This document shows, one piece after another, positions 18,134-27,985 of a stretch of DNA of 64,000 nucleotides. The DNA lies in the NCBI GenBank assembly GCA_046314355.1, contig JBKBWQ010000001.1, positions 1,248,001-1,312,000 of the forward strand, written 5' to 3'. This DNA comes from Candidatus Altimarinota bacterium. Lineage in GTDB: Bacteria > Patescibacteriota > Gracilibacteria > 1-14-2-50-48-13. Positions within the stretch are counted from its first letter, which is position 1. The number at the start of each line of letters is the position of its first letter. The notes under the pieces are model-generated. The model was not told the origin of the DNA. It was given only the letters and a program-made list of their open reading frames with translations, and did not search any database. A program made the position numbers and the translations under genes.

Positions 18134-20566
18134 TTACCGTTCTGGCGGAATATGATAATAGTCTATCATAAAGTCTGTAATTTCCTTAAATAAAGGTGCT
18201 GCTGTGGAGTCAGCCCATTTTGAAGATCTTGGGCGCTCAATGACTACTATAATAACATAGCGAGGTTTGTCAGCAGGGAAGAATCCGGAAAAGGATCCGT
18301 TTGTATTTCCCACTTCGTCCGGCTCATATCCTCCTCTTCCTGCTATCTGCGCAGTACCTGTCTTTCCAGCCACAAAGTAGCCGTCAGTCTTTACTACCTT
18401 TGATCCGCCGTTCTCTACCACTGACGTAAGCATAGCTGCTACAGTATCTGCTGTTTCCTTTGATATAACACGTTTGATGTACTGCACTTTACGTTTTTCT
18501 TCTTTTCCACTTGGGTGAACAATCTTATCAATAATACGCGGTGAAATGAGAATTCCACCGTTAGCCAGAGCCGAGTAGGCTTGGGCCATTTGCAGTGGTG
18601 TCACAGTGAGACCTTGTCCAAAGGCTGCATTAAAGAGTTTTGCGTCAGACCATGTATCAAAATGCGTTACAATTCCTTTTGATTCATTTGGAAGCTCTAT
18701 GTCTGTTCTGCTTCCAAATCCGAATTCTGTAATATATTTATATATGAGAGCCTTTCCAAGCTGCTTCGCGATAAAACTCATTCCGATATTACATGAGTAG
18801 TTGAGGACGTTGATCATATTCTGATATCCGAGACATTTTTCACTTACATTATGTATAGTAAACTCATCTACTTTGAGTTCGCCCTTATCCATATATCTAG
18901 TCTGAGGTGTCACTTCGCCCGCATCTATGGCTGCTGCCATGACGATAGGTTTAAAGATTGAACCAGGTTCATAGGTGCCCTGTACGGGCTTATCAAAGTA
19001 TGCCCCAGGTCCAAATTTGTTTGTATAGGCTGCCCTTTCAGCTCCTGCGGGTATAGTGCTTTTGCCGTATTCATCCACTAGGATCATCTGACCTTTATCA
19101 TCTTTATAGAACATTGGGATACCTTTCCCAGGATCGTAAGATATAGGTTCCGTCGCATAAACATCACTATAAGTATTTGGGTTGAAATTCGGATGCTGCG
19201 CCATGGCGACAATATTTCCTGTAAAAGGGTCTATGACTATGACTTGTCCTGAGTTTGCCTTAGTATCCTGCACTTTTTTCTCAAGAAGTTCCTCTACTTT
19301 TTTCTGAAGTACGCGGTCGAGCGTGAGGTAAATATCGATACCATTTTCCTTTGGCTTTAATTCATCAGCCTTAAGATCGGTAGCAATAAATCGCCCCATT
19401 GGATCACTCTTGAGCTTAAACTCTCCATCTGTACCTCGAAGCTGATTGTCAAATTCTTCTTCGATACCGTATACACCAGTCTTTTCAAAGTTCACAAATC
19501 CTATGACTGGAGATGCGAGATTCTCTTCAGGATAATATCTCCAGTTCTCAGTTTTGATACCAATTCCGTAAAAATTACGTACAGGCTTACCCTTTGTATT
19601 TGCTTTTACGTGCTGGCAGATCGGATCTGAAGGATCAGTAAGATCTTTCTGTCTTTCAGGTCTCGCATAAAAGATGGGACACTTTTGTTCTTTTATATTA
19701 AATTCTCGAATTTTTGCCGTGAGTTCAGGATGTATACGATCAACGATCTTTACATAACGGGAAAGACGCCGGGAGAGAAGAGTACCGAGCTTATCCATAG
19801 GCACATTGATGGCTTTCGCAAGTGCTTCATACTGAGGCATGATATCTCCTCCGTCTCTGCGGAGTACTTCCATAGGCTGTCCATAGATTAATCCTTCGCC
19901 TACATAAATGCCGGGCAGTTTATAATCATCAATAATCTTTTGAAGTGCAGGCTGATCCTTAGAGTAAAAAAGAGGCACAAAATTTACTTCCTTTTCCTGT
20001 AGTTTAGAGCTCATATACTCAGCAATATCCTTGATGAGGTCTTCTTTCGTTTTTTCCAGTTCTATGCTTTTAGTTTCTTTTTTCTTAACGGCAGTGGCTG
20101 CAGTCGTAGCATTTTCAAGTAATTTTGTAGTCGGTTTTCCAGTAAAATCACTGATGATCTCTACACAGGTCTTACCTTTGGCTAGTTCATAGACATGAAG
20201 TTCACAAAAATGACTGTAGAGAATGGGTGCTACATTTAGTGCCACAAACTGCTGATCGATATAGTTATCAAGTTCTTTACTATTGTATGGATTTGGATCC
20301 ACATAGAGAAGATCTAGTGGTACATTCGTAGCTACAGGTCTGTATTCTCCTGAATTATCCGCCTTTATGAAAATCTTTCCTCTCGTGGCAGGCTCTACTG
20401 TGGTGGTCACTTGCTGGTTCTCTGCAAGGGCCCTATAATATTTATAATTATTTACTTGAAGGTAAAATAAACGTATAAGTATAATAAGAGCGAATATCCC
20501 GATGAAAACTCCGATGATAAAGATACGATCTGTTGCTTTTTTTCCTCCTTTATAGTATGTCCTCAT
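18134..20566 (-). CDS. Class B penicillin-binding protein (FtsI/PBP2-like)
   Basis: N-terminal TM; RGKI; RYYP; EPGSIFKP (SxxK); SCN; KTGTAQ. Confidence 0.93.
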   Translation of the reverse strand: MRTYYKGGKKATDRIFIIGVFIGIFALIILIRLFYLQVNNYKYYRALAENQQVTTTVEPATRGKIFIKADNSGEYRPVATNVPLDLLYVDPNPYNSKELDNYIDQQFVALNVAPILYSHFCELHVYELAKGKTCVEIISDFTGKPTTKLLENATTAATAVKKKETKSIELEKTKEDLIKDIAEYMSSKLQEKEVNFVPLFYSKDQPALQKIIDDYKLPGIYVGEGLIYGQPMEVLRRDGGDIMPQYEALAKAINVPMDKLGTLLSRRLSRYVKIVDRIHPELTAKIREFNIKEQKCPIFYARPERQKDLTDPSDPICQHVKANTKGKPVRNFYGIGIKTENWRYYPEENLASPVIGFVNFEKTGVYGIEEEFDNQLRGTDGEFKLKSDPMGRFIATDLKADELKPKENGIDIYLTLDRVLQKKVEELLEKKVQDTKANSGQVIVIDPFTGNIVAMAQHPNFNPNTYSDVYATEPISYDPGKGIPMFYKDDKGQMILVDEYGKSTIPAGAERAAYTNKFGPGAYFDKPVQGTYEPGSIFKPIVMAAAIDAGEVTPQTRYMDKGELKVDEFTIHNVSEKCLGYQNMINVLNYSCNIGMSFIAKQLGKALIYKYITEFGFGSRTDIELPNESKGIVTHFDTWSDAKLFNAAFGQGLTVTPLQMAQAYSALANGGILISPRIIDKIVHPSGKEEKRKVQYIKRVISKETADTVAAMLTSVVENGGSKVVKTDGYFVAGKTGTAQIAGRGGYEPDEVGNTNGSFSGFFPADKPRYVIIVVIERPRSSKWADSTAAPLFKEITDFMIDYYHIPPER

Positions 20567-20645
20567 TAGGCAAAAATTGTATTAAGAGTTCATCTCCATA
20601 CTACCGGGACATAAGGATTTTTCAAACGTAATTTTCAGAATATTT

Positions 20646-21602
20646 ATGATTTCTTTTTTAAAGAGAGGAGCAGCCGTAACTTTAGCTCTTATGCTGATCA
20701 GTTCTTGCGGATCTGGACTACAGAGTAATCTGGTAGAAGATCAAATTACTCCAAAGAAGTCTCTCCAAGTCACATCATCTCCTGCTGTAACGGTATCCAG
20801 CTGTAAACCAGTGGTGATCACTTCATTTAAAAATATTAGAGATTTCATGGTAGGACCCATCTCTTACTCACTTTTAGGAGTAGAGTTTTTTGACAGCCGA
20901 CCTATCCCTCCAGAGTATATGGCGTCTCTGCAGAATGATGCTTTTTGTATCAAGGAGGATCCAGGCGTAGATGACGGACAATTTGTATATCTCATGAGTG
21001 CAGACAATAAACTTCTCAACGGAAAGATTATCCAGGATGGATTTGCGAAATCTACAAAGGATATAGATTATGTCTATAAGAGTTATTTTCAGAATCTTCA
21101 GCAAGAGGCGGATACGAATAATACTGGCTACTGGAACCCTGACTTTAAAGTGCAGAGGGCACCGCAATCAGTAAATCAAAATGTGAATGCTCCTATCACT
21201 TCAAATGGAAGTACTGATCTTTCTGTACTTACGAATACACAGAAATCTCCTCAGCAAACTGAGACTCCTGAGACATCTTCTACAAAAGCTTATAGTGTCA
21301 TCCTACCTCAGCAGGCAAAGGCGAACATAGGTGCTACTGTTGTGCTTAGGATGAAAGTAAGCTCGGTCGGACAGGGAAAGAATGTGTTTTATCTCAATTC
21401 TGATAAGGATTATGCGAGCAGCGTAAATGTGGCAGGTGTAATAGCTTTGCCTGCTAAGGATCTGACACTTCAGGATGTGGTGAAAGCTGATAAAAATCTG
21501 ATAGGAAAATATGTGGAGATGACGGGGACGATACGGAATATTGAGGGGAAGATGCAGCTGATTGTAACTGAGGGGAAGAATATACGGCTGGTACAAATGT
21601 AA
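20646..21602 (+). CDS. Lipoprotein with degenerate thermonuclease-like domain and C-terminal OB-fold
   Basis: Lipobox ISSC; LLNGKIIQDGFAK..YFQNLQQEA..TGYW resembles the SNase C-terminus; GKYVEMTGTI OB-like segment. Confidence 0.6.
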   Translation: MISFLKRGAAVTLALMLISSCGSGLQSNLVEDQITPKKSLQVTSSPAVTVSSCKPVVITSFKNIRDFMVGPISYSLLGVEFFDSRPIPPEYMASLQNDAFCIKEDPGVDDGQFVYLMSADNKLLNGKIIQDGFAKSTKDIDYVYKSYFQNLQQEADTNNTGYWNPDFKVQRAPQSVNQNVNAPITSNGSTDLSVLTNTQKSPQQTETPETSSTKAYSVILPQQAKANIGATVVLRMKVSSVGQGKNVFYLNSDKDYASSVNVAGVIALPAKDLTLQDVVKADKNLIGKYVEMTGTIRNIEGKMQLIVTEGKNIRLVQM

Positions 21603-21604
21603 TG

Positions 21605-21652
21605 TGTCATTCCCGTACTGATCTGCATCAGCATAAACTCCGGCGGGAATCC
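21605..21652. repeat. GTCAT-type REP-like hairpin
   Basis: TGTCATTCCCG...CGGGAATCC. Confidence 0.8.
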
Positions 21653-21692
21653 ATTGTAAGTGTTGATTATATGGCAGTGTTTCTTAAGTGAT

Positions 21693-21855
21693 TTGTTCTT
21701 CACCTGCCGGTGGGGCGTTACTTTTGTGACCAAAAGGTAACCAAAAGTCTTGGGGGAGGAGAAAAGCGTCTGGCAGAGGGGGTGCTTTCTATAGGTAATC
21801 AGACGCTTCTCCTCCCCCAAACCCCCTATGGACGGTGTGGTCTTTAGGAAGGCTC
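21693..21855. repeat. Module M1, copy B (more diverged, lacks M2)
   Basis: Same stems as copy A with a TTACTTTTG-TGAC-CAAAAGGTAA variant; ends in AGGCTC. Confidence 0.93.
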
Positions 21856-21913
21856 TATTAGTATGTGTCCTTTTTTATGCTATACTATTGTTAATAGAGA
21901 TAACTTATCATTT

Positions 21914-22315
21914 ATGAATTCGTCCAAACTTCCGCCTAAGGCTCCTTCTAAACAAAAAGTAGTGGTTATGATGATTGCTATTTTTGTCCTTTCAATGTTA
22001 GTGGGTATTGGTACTCATTATATGGAACATGGGACGGTGGATGTAACGACGATGTTGTTTTCGAGTATTGTTATAGGAATATTGATTGCTGTGAGTGCGG
22101 TGATAGGGTATAAGAAGAGGAAAACTATTCAGAAGGCTCAGCAATCGGGGCAATGGGCGGTGTGGCAAATATTTATTGGTGTGGGAATGCTGGTACTGAT
22201 TACGTTGAGGTCACTTATCTCAGATACGAGCTCTGTTTCGATTTATCTGCATATTTTTGGCGGCTTATTCTTTTTGATAGGCGGAGTGATGTACTTTTGG
22301 AAAAAGAAAAAGTAG
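21914..22315 (+). CDS. Small 4-TM membrane protein
   Basis: Four hydrophobic segments; basic C-terminus. Confidence 0.7.
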   Translation: MNSSKLPPKAPSKQKVVVMMIAIFVLSMLVGIGTHYMEHGTVDVTTMLFSSIVIGILIAVSAVIGYKKRKTIQKAQQSGQWAVWQIFIGVGMLVLITLRSLISDTSSVSIYLHIFGGLFFLIGGVMYFWKKKK

Positions 22316-22334
22316 CCTCTTTAAGACTGTAGAT

Positions 22335-22363
22335 AAAAAAGAGTGCTCTGCGCACTCTTTTTT
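22335..22363. terminator. Bidirectional terminator
   Basis: AAAAAAGAGTGC-TCTGC-GCACTCTTTTTT between convergent genes. Confidence 0.8.
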
Positions 22364-22386
22364 ATCTATCAAATTTCAATAGTTTT

Positions 22387-24561
22387 TTACCCAATCTTCT
22401 CAATCGGTGCAATATTTGCTGCCAGCTTCTTTCTGCCATACAGCGGATTCTGAAAAGCAACTGTCAGCAAATCTCCCTGTACTTCAAGTACTTTTCCGAT
22501 ACCCCAGCTTGCATGTCTAATGAGGTCTCCCGGATTGTAGGTTGCTATTTCGTATGTCTCGTCTTCAAAGTCACTGCTGTAAGATGGTTCATCTATAAAC
22601 GCGCTATCGATCATTCTTTTTGCCTTCTTAGAGACGCCGTCATACTCTACAAATTCTTCTGGTATTTCTTCGATGAAGCGGGAAGAAGGGAAGTATTGAT
22701 ACTCTCCATAGAGCATTCGGCTCTTTGCGTAGCTGAGGGTAAGTTTATCTTTTGCACGTGTCATACCCACATACATAAGTCTTCTTTCTTCTTCAAGCGC
22801 CTTTGGATCAAGCTGTGATCTCGAGCTTGGGAAGATGCCTTCTTCCATTCCTACGATGTAGACATGAGGAAACTCAAGTCCTTTTGATGCATGAAGAGTC
22901 ATGAGAGTGACTGCATTATCCTGATCATCTAGAGTATCTATGTCACTCACGAGAGCTGCTTCCTCAAGAAAAGTGGCGAGGGAGATGCCTGATTCGAGTG
23001 CGTCATATTTTGATGCAACGGAGATAAGCTCCTCCACGTTTTGGAATCTTTCTTCACCTTCTAGAGTACCATCAAGGATAAATCTCTCGTAGCCTGAGAG
23101 TTTCAGTATGTGTTTCATCACTCCAGAGGCACTGAATTCCTGATTTGCTTCACGGAGAGATTTGATGAGCTCGCGGAAACTCATTAGGGCTCCTCTTGCT
23201 GCGGGAGTTAGTTCTGTAAACTCTTCTACTCTTTGTATGAGATCAAATAAAGAAATACGCAGCTCACTTGCTTTCACCTGAAGTGTCTGGATCGTTTTCA
23301 GTCCAATCTTTCTGGCTGGTACATTGATCACTCGAAGGAGACTAATATTGTCCTGAGGATTCAGAGTAAGTCGTGCGTATGCGAGGATATCCTTTACTTC
23401 TTTTCGCTCGTAGAATTTTACACCTCCGATGATTTTGTAGGGCATACCATGTCTCATCATGCCTTCCTCGAGCACTCGGCTTTGTGCATTTGTACGATAG
23501 AGAAAAGCAAACTCACTATAAGATCTATGTCCGTTTCGAATCTTTTCCTGGATCATCTGTATTATTTTCTCCACCTCGTGACGTTCATCCCGGGCTTCAA
23601 ATATATGAATCTTTTCCTCAGATTCCTTTTCTGTCCAAAGTTCTTTGTCAGTACGTTCCTGATTACATTTTATCACTGCATTAGCAGCCTTTACTATGAC
23701 CTGTGTAGATCTATAATTTTGTTCAAGCTTGATGGTCTTCGCATTTGGGTAATCCTTCTCAAAGGTAAGAATATTCTGCATATTCGCTCCTCTCCAGGAA
23801 TAAATACTCTGCCAGTCATCTCCAATCACGCAAAGATTTTTATATTTATCCGCAAGCATTTTGATCAGTCGGTACTGAGCATTATTGGTATCCTGATACT
23901 CATCGACAGAGATATACTGAAATTTTTCCTGATACTTTGCGAGGATATCCGGAAAGGTCATGAATAATTCTACTGTCTTCATGATCAGATCATCAAAGTC
24001 CAGTGCTTGAGCAGATCGAAGCTCTCTTTGGTAGATAGGGTAGAGTTCTGCTACGAGCTCATGGAAGCCGCTGGCAGCATAACGGGAAAATTTTTCTGGA
24101 GTAATAAGCTCATTTTTTGCATTGCTGATACCTCCAAGTACAGCTTTCGGATTGAACTGCTTGTCATCGATATGTCTTTCCTTAAAAATATTTTTCATGA
24201 GAGCAATTGTATCTGCACTGTCATAGATCGTGAAACTGTTTTCAAAGCCAAGATGATGAATCTCCCTCCGAAGAATACGTACACAGATGGAGTGGAAGGT
24301 TCCCATCGTGATCGTAGAATGCGGAGTATATGGGCAAAGCTGAGTTACCCGCTCTTTCATCTCATTTGCCGCCTTGTTGGTAAATGTTACGGCAAGGATC
24401 CTATCAGCAGTTACACCTTTCTCTTCCATAAGATAAGCTATTCTATGCGTCAAAGCTTTCGTCTTTCCAGAACCCGCTCCGGCTATAATCAAAAGAGGTC
24501 CTTCTGTGGTGAGGACAGCATCTTTCTGCATTTCGTTGAGACCTTCCAGGAGACGAGACAT
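22387..24561 (-). CDS. pcrA: ATP-dependent DNA helicase PcrA/UvrD
   Basis: AGAGSGKT; VDEYQDTN; GDDWQSIYSWRGA; LEQNYRST; TLHASKGLEF; EERRLMYVGMTRAK; C-terminal Tudor-like domain. Confidence 0.96.
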   Translation of the reverse strand: MSRLLEGLNEMQKDAVLTTEGPLLIIAGAGSGKTKALTHRIAYLMEEKGVTADRILAVTFTNKAANEMKERVTQLCPYTPHSTITMGTFHSICVRILRREIHHLGFENSFTIYDSADTIALMKNIFKERHIDDKQFNPKAVLGGISNAKNELITPEKFSRYAASGFHELVAELYPIYQRELRSAQALDFDDLIMKTVELFMTFPDILAKYQEKFQYISVDEYQDTNNAQYRLIKMLADKYKNLCVIGDDWQSIYSWRGANMQNILTFEKDYPNAKTIKLEQNYRSTQVIVKAANAVIKCNQERTDKELWTEKESEEKIHIFEARDERHEVEKIIQMIQEKIRNGHRSYSEFAFLYRTNAQSRVLEEGMMRHGMPYKIIGGVKFYERKEVKDILAYARLTLNPQDNISLLRVINVPARKIGLKTIQTLQVKASELRISLFDLIQRVEEFTELTPAARGALMSFRELIKSLREANQEFSASGVMKHILKLSGYERFILDGTLEGEERFQNVEELISVASKYDALESGISLATFLEEAALVSDIDTLDDQDNAVTLMTLHASKGLEFPHVYIVGMEEGIFPSSRSQLDPKALEEERRLMYVGMTRAKDKLTLSYAKSRMLYGEYQYFPSSRFIEEIPEEFVEYDGVSKKAKRMIDSAFIDEPSYSSDFEDETYEIATYNPGDLIRHASWGIGKVLEVQGDLLTVAFQNPLYGRKKLAANIAPIEKIG

Positions 24562-24610
24562 GTAGGGAATAGGATTAGGGATTGGGATAAGAAGTAGTGA
24601 TGATAGTTAA

Positions 24611-24643
24611 CCACTTTGAGAAAGGGGCAGGGGGGTTGAGCCT
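24611..24643. repeat. Degenerate module M3 copy
   Basis: TGAGAAAGGGGCAGGGGGGTTGAGCCT resembles 29731-29760. Confidence 0.65.
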
Positions 24644-24924
24644 CTCTTAGTGTAAGTCAAAGTGCAAGTTACCAGTCACTAGTAAACTCATTTTAAGATG
24701 TACTTTATTTATAGGGGAGGTGGTGGAAAAAATCTAGGGAAAGAAAAAAAGAGGGGTAAGTGGTTCGGTAGATCCGTAGATTTGAGCTGTTAATAGTTGT
24801 TAACAACAGTTCAAACTATACATCAATAAATATTTAGAGTATTTTTGAGATATATAACAATATGTTGTAATATTTTATAAAAGTTGATACTATAAAAATG
24901 AATTATTTTAGTAGAATGTCTGTT

Positions 24925-25254
24925 ATGGCTGATAAAAGTACTTCTCATAGAGGCAGAGTAAGAAAGTTTGATAATAATCTTACTTATTTTGGTATGAAGC
25001 TTACTACTGACGAAAAAGAAAAAATTAAAAATCTTTCTCTTACTCTACATACAACGGCAACTCAGGCCGTACTTAAAGCTGTCGATATTGCCCTTGCCCA
25101 ATATGCTCATGATATTCCTACTGGCAGACGAGTTACTGCAGATGAGCTTTTATCAATGGATAAGGCGACACGAAATAAGGTGATACAGAGTCAAATGAAA
25201 TACGTTGATAAGGATGAATCTATTGAAGACGGATTTGATATTATTGATGATTAA
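24925..25254 (+). CDS. Putative antitoxin (RHH-like N-terminus, acidic tail)
   Basis: Lies directly upstream of the MazF-like toxin with a 2-bp gap. Confidence 0.7.
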   Translation: MADKSTSHRGRVRKFDNNLTYFGMKLTTDEKEKIKNLSLTLHTTATQAVLKAVDIALAQYAHDIPTGRRVTADELLSMDKATRNKVIQSQMKYVDKDESIEDGFDIIDD

Positions 25255-25256
25255 TT

Positions 25257-25610
25257 ATGAAAGATATAAATCCTAAAAGAGGAGAAATATGGCTTGTCGA
25301 ATTCCAACCTAAGGTTGGAAGTGAGATTGAAAAAACTCGCCCTGCTGTGATAATAAATATTCCAGGTATTGTGAGTAGTACAAGAATAATTGTACCAATA
25401 CGTGAACAAAAAGAGCATCATAAAAAAGTATCTTTTTATGTACCGTTGGAACCTGGGAATTATAATGGTCTTAAAAAGAAAAGTACTATTGATTGCTTAC
25501 AGATAAAATCCTTTGATCTCCATAGATTTCAGAAGAGACTGGGAAAAATAACTACTGATCAGCTTGAAGAAATTACAAAGCTGATAGCTATAGAGGTTGG
25601 GTATATCTAA
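25257..25610 (+). CDS. PemK/MazF-family endoribonuclease toxin
   Basis: KRGEIWLVEFQPKVGSEIEKTRPAVII..GLKKKSTIDCLQIKSFD..RLGKI. Confidence 0.92.
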   Translation: MKDINPKRGEIWLVEFQPKVGSEIEKTRPAVIINIPGIVSSTRIIVPIREQKEHHKKVSFYVPLEPGNYNGLKKKSTIDCLQIKSFDLHRFQKRLGKITTDQLEEITKLIAIEVGYI

Positions 25611-25613
25611 TAA

Positions 25614-26027
25614 CTACTTCTTTTCTCCATCCGGAAACAAAAACTTCACTACGATTAGACACATACCCACAATCTGCAGAAAATTCTCTCCAATCACCAG
25701 GCTTATAAATGTAGGATAGGCAGTAAAATCAATAATTCCGAAACCTATGAAAAATGTAATTACGAACTGGAAGAGAATCATTGCATAGAGTGCAATGACC
25801 AGATAGATAGACCATTTATTCCTTAGCTTAAAATATTCTTCACGTCCTTTTCTTTCAGCTTCCTTGTCTTTAATCTCTTGTTCAGAAAGCTCGCTTCTCG
25901 TGGGGAGACCTTCCAGGAGATTTTGAGAAAGACTATTCTCAGCGTGTTCCGTCACAAAATCCATCAGGCTTGAGAGGTGTTCTTTGCTTGTTTCTTCTGG
26001 TACAGGAGGAAGGATATTATCTGCCAT
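25614..26027 (-). CDS. Small protein with two C-terminal TM helices, coupled to the IrrE-like gene
   Basis: Start MADNIL at 26027 overlaps the end of the upstream gene (stop at 26017); charged helix followed by two TMs. Confidence 0.75.
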   Translation of the reverse strand: MADNILPPVPEETSKEHLSSLMDFVTEHAENSLSQNLLEGLPTRSELSEQEIKDKEAERKGREEYFKLRNKWSIYLVIALYAMILFQFVITFFIGFGIIDFTAYPTFISLVIGENFLQIVGMCLIVVKFLFPDGEKK

Positions 26028-26511
26028 ATTCAATTTGTAAACGATAACCAATGACTTCAGGGGAGACTCCGAATATTTTTGCAATGGATGCTACATCCAG
26101 ATCCTTATAAGTATCCAGGAACTTTCTTGGGACTAAAAGATTGGCAGCAAAGGCATTTGCTTCTTTCTCAAGGGGATCTGTAGTGGATGCTCCGAGGGGT
26201 TTTCTATAGAGAATGGCATACTTATGGGGCTCATCCCCAAGCTCAGGCTGATGCAGTATCCAGTGACCGAGTTCATGAGCGATCGTAAATGCTTTTCTAT
26301 GATCCGGATCGGATTTGCTGATATACATGGTTTTGCTGCTGGGATCGATAAATCCGGCAACACTTGCATGTTCACCTATGAATTCGATCTCGACTAATGA
26401 TAGACCGTAGTTCTTGGCAATCTCAACAATATCTATGGGCGGAGTGCAGACATAGTTGTCTTCAATGATCGCCAGTGCCTTGTCTACAGCGTTTTGATAG
26501 TTTGGCTTCAT
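26017..26511 (-). CDS. ImmA/IrrE-family (M78) zinc metallopeptidase without N-terminal HTH
   Basis: PPIDI; RKAFTIAHELGHWILH; EKEANAFAANLLVP; FGVS..YRL. Confidence 0.92.
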   Translation of the reverse strand: MKPNYQNAVDKALAIIEDNYVCTPPIDIVEIAKNYGLSLVEIEFIGEHASVAGFIDPSSKTMYISKSDPDHRKAFTIAHELGHWILHQPELGDEPHKYAILYRKPLGASTTDPLEKEANAFAANLLVPRKFLDTYKDLDVASIAKIFGVSPEVIGYRLQIEYGR

Positions 26512-26586
26512 AAAGGGAGGATTAATTCATCTCTATTATAAAACACCCGTGTATCATATTCAATGACTTTATTTATACTTTCAGTT

Positions 26587-27318
26587 TTATAGTACTTTCT
26601 TGATATCCGGTGTAAGCCCGAAGACAGTATTTCTAAAATTTTTGTATATATATTCCTGTTCTCCTTCTGGTGTTTCTATCACATTCATTATGTTTTTATG
26701 AGCTTCAATATATTCCATTTCTTTTTCTGCAAGTTCGAGACGTTCGATAAGTTCTTTTTTTGAAATGGGAGCTCTGTCTGTAATACGTTTTTCAAGCTTC
26801 TTAATACTTTCAGGAACAATAGCAACTATTTGAAGTCTATTTCTAAATTCAGACTTAAGAAAAACTTCAATTCCTGGAACATCCATTTCACGTAAGACAA
26901 AAGGTTTTCTCAGTTCTGTCTTTAAAATCCCATACTGTTTTCCTGCTCGTAAGGTAGGTGCAATAAACTCACCATTATCTTTACGTTCTTGAAACTCTTT
27001 TTCATCAACAAAATAGTATGTCTCTCCATTCTTTTCTCCAGGACGCATATCTCTCGTAGTCATTGAGAGGGCAAAATGTATTTTCGGCAAAAACAGCAGA
27101 CGTGTTTCATCGATAGAACAATCAGCATTATGAATCGGCTCAAATGTATCCTTATCTACAGCAACAGGCTTCTTATGGTACTTTGCAAGCTCGCCTATAT
27201 TTGTACCTTTCCCCGCTCCTGCAGGTCCCATGACAATAATGATCTTCTTTTCAGAATCATGCGGAGTTTGATCAATCTGAGTCTCAGATCCTACAAAACT
27301 GGTCTGCTTTGTATTCAT
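26587..27318 (-). CDS. gmk: Guanylate kinase-like protein
   Basis: GPAGAGKGT; SMTTRDMRPGEKNGETYYFV; YGI. Has an insertion after the P-loop. Confidence 0.8.
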   Translation of the reverse strand: MNTKQTSFVGSETQIDQTPHDSEKKIIIVMGPAGAGKGTNIGELAKYHKKPVAVDKDTFEPIHNADCSIDETRLLFLPKIHFALSMTTRDMRPGEKNGETYYFVDEKEFQERKDNGEFIAPTLRAGKQYGILKTELRKPFVLREMDVPGIEVFLKSEFRNRLQIVAIVPESIKKLEKRITDRAPISKKELIERLELAEKEMEYIEAHKNIMNVIETPEGEQEYIYKNFRNTVFGLTPDIKKVL

Positions 27319-27559
27319 GTCCAAAAGAAAAAGTATATTTTTCCTATCCTACTATGTTTTAATGTAGAGTCAATAATAATCTATTCAATAGATGTGTCTC
27401 TTAGTGGAAAAGAATAAAAAGCTTAAATTGTGCTCCTCGCTAAGTTTGATCGCACTTTTTGGTTATTAGTCGTGTTAAAATAGATGTATAAAATTGACTA
27501 TTCTTATATTTATTATATATTGCTTGAAATAAAATTAAATATAACGAAGGAGAAAGAAA

Positions 27560-27922
27560 ATGTTTTATTATGCAATTTATGATAATAAAGAAAGAGAAGT
27601 GATGTGTGGTACGGTATCTGATGTACAACTCACGCAAAAAAAATCTGAAAAGTGTAAGGAATACGGTCTAGCAGATATTATCATTGTTACCTTCTCAGGA
27701 GGGGATAAGGTATTTATTCTTGATACAAACCATGCGTGTATCGGACGTGGTTCTTCTCTCGATGCTAAATTTGGACCTGTAAGTTATCAAGACATACAGT
27801 CATTCCTCTGGTTAGTTGTAAAAACTGAAATAAGACTAAAAAATATCAATATAAAAATTGACAGAGATGAAATACTTGAGGGAACCTTGGTTTTAAAATC
27901 ATTGCTCGCAAGAATAATTTAA
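27560..27922 (+). CDS. Hypothetical protein (120 aa)
   Basis: AAGGAG SD; TTGACT-N16-TATATT promoter; terminator downstream. Confidence 0.7.
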   Translation: MFYYAIYDNKEREVMCGTVSDVQLTQKKSEKCKEYGLADIIIVTFSGGDKVFILDTNHACIGRGSSLDAKFGPVSYQDIQSFLWLVVKTEIRLKNINIKIDRDEILEGTLVLKSLLARII

Positions 27923-27931
27923 ATAAATATT

Positions 27932-27969
27932 AAAGAGCTCCCCCGCGTCAAACGCGGCAGGGAGCTTTT
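27932..27969. terminator. Bidirectional terminator with CCGCGTCAAACGCGG core
   Basis: AAGAGCTCCC..GGGAGCTTTT between convergent genes. Confidence 0.75.
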
Positions 27970-27985
27970 CTTTACCTCTACTAAA

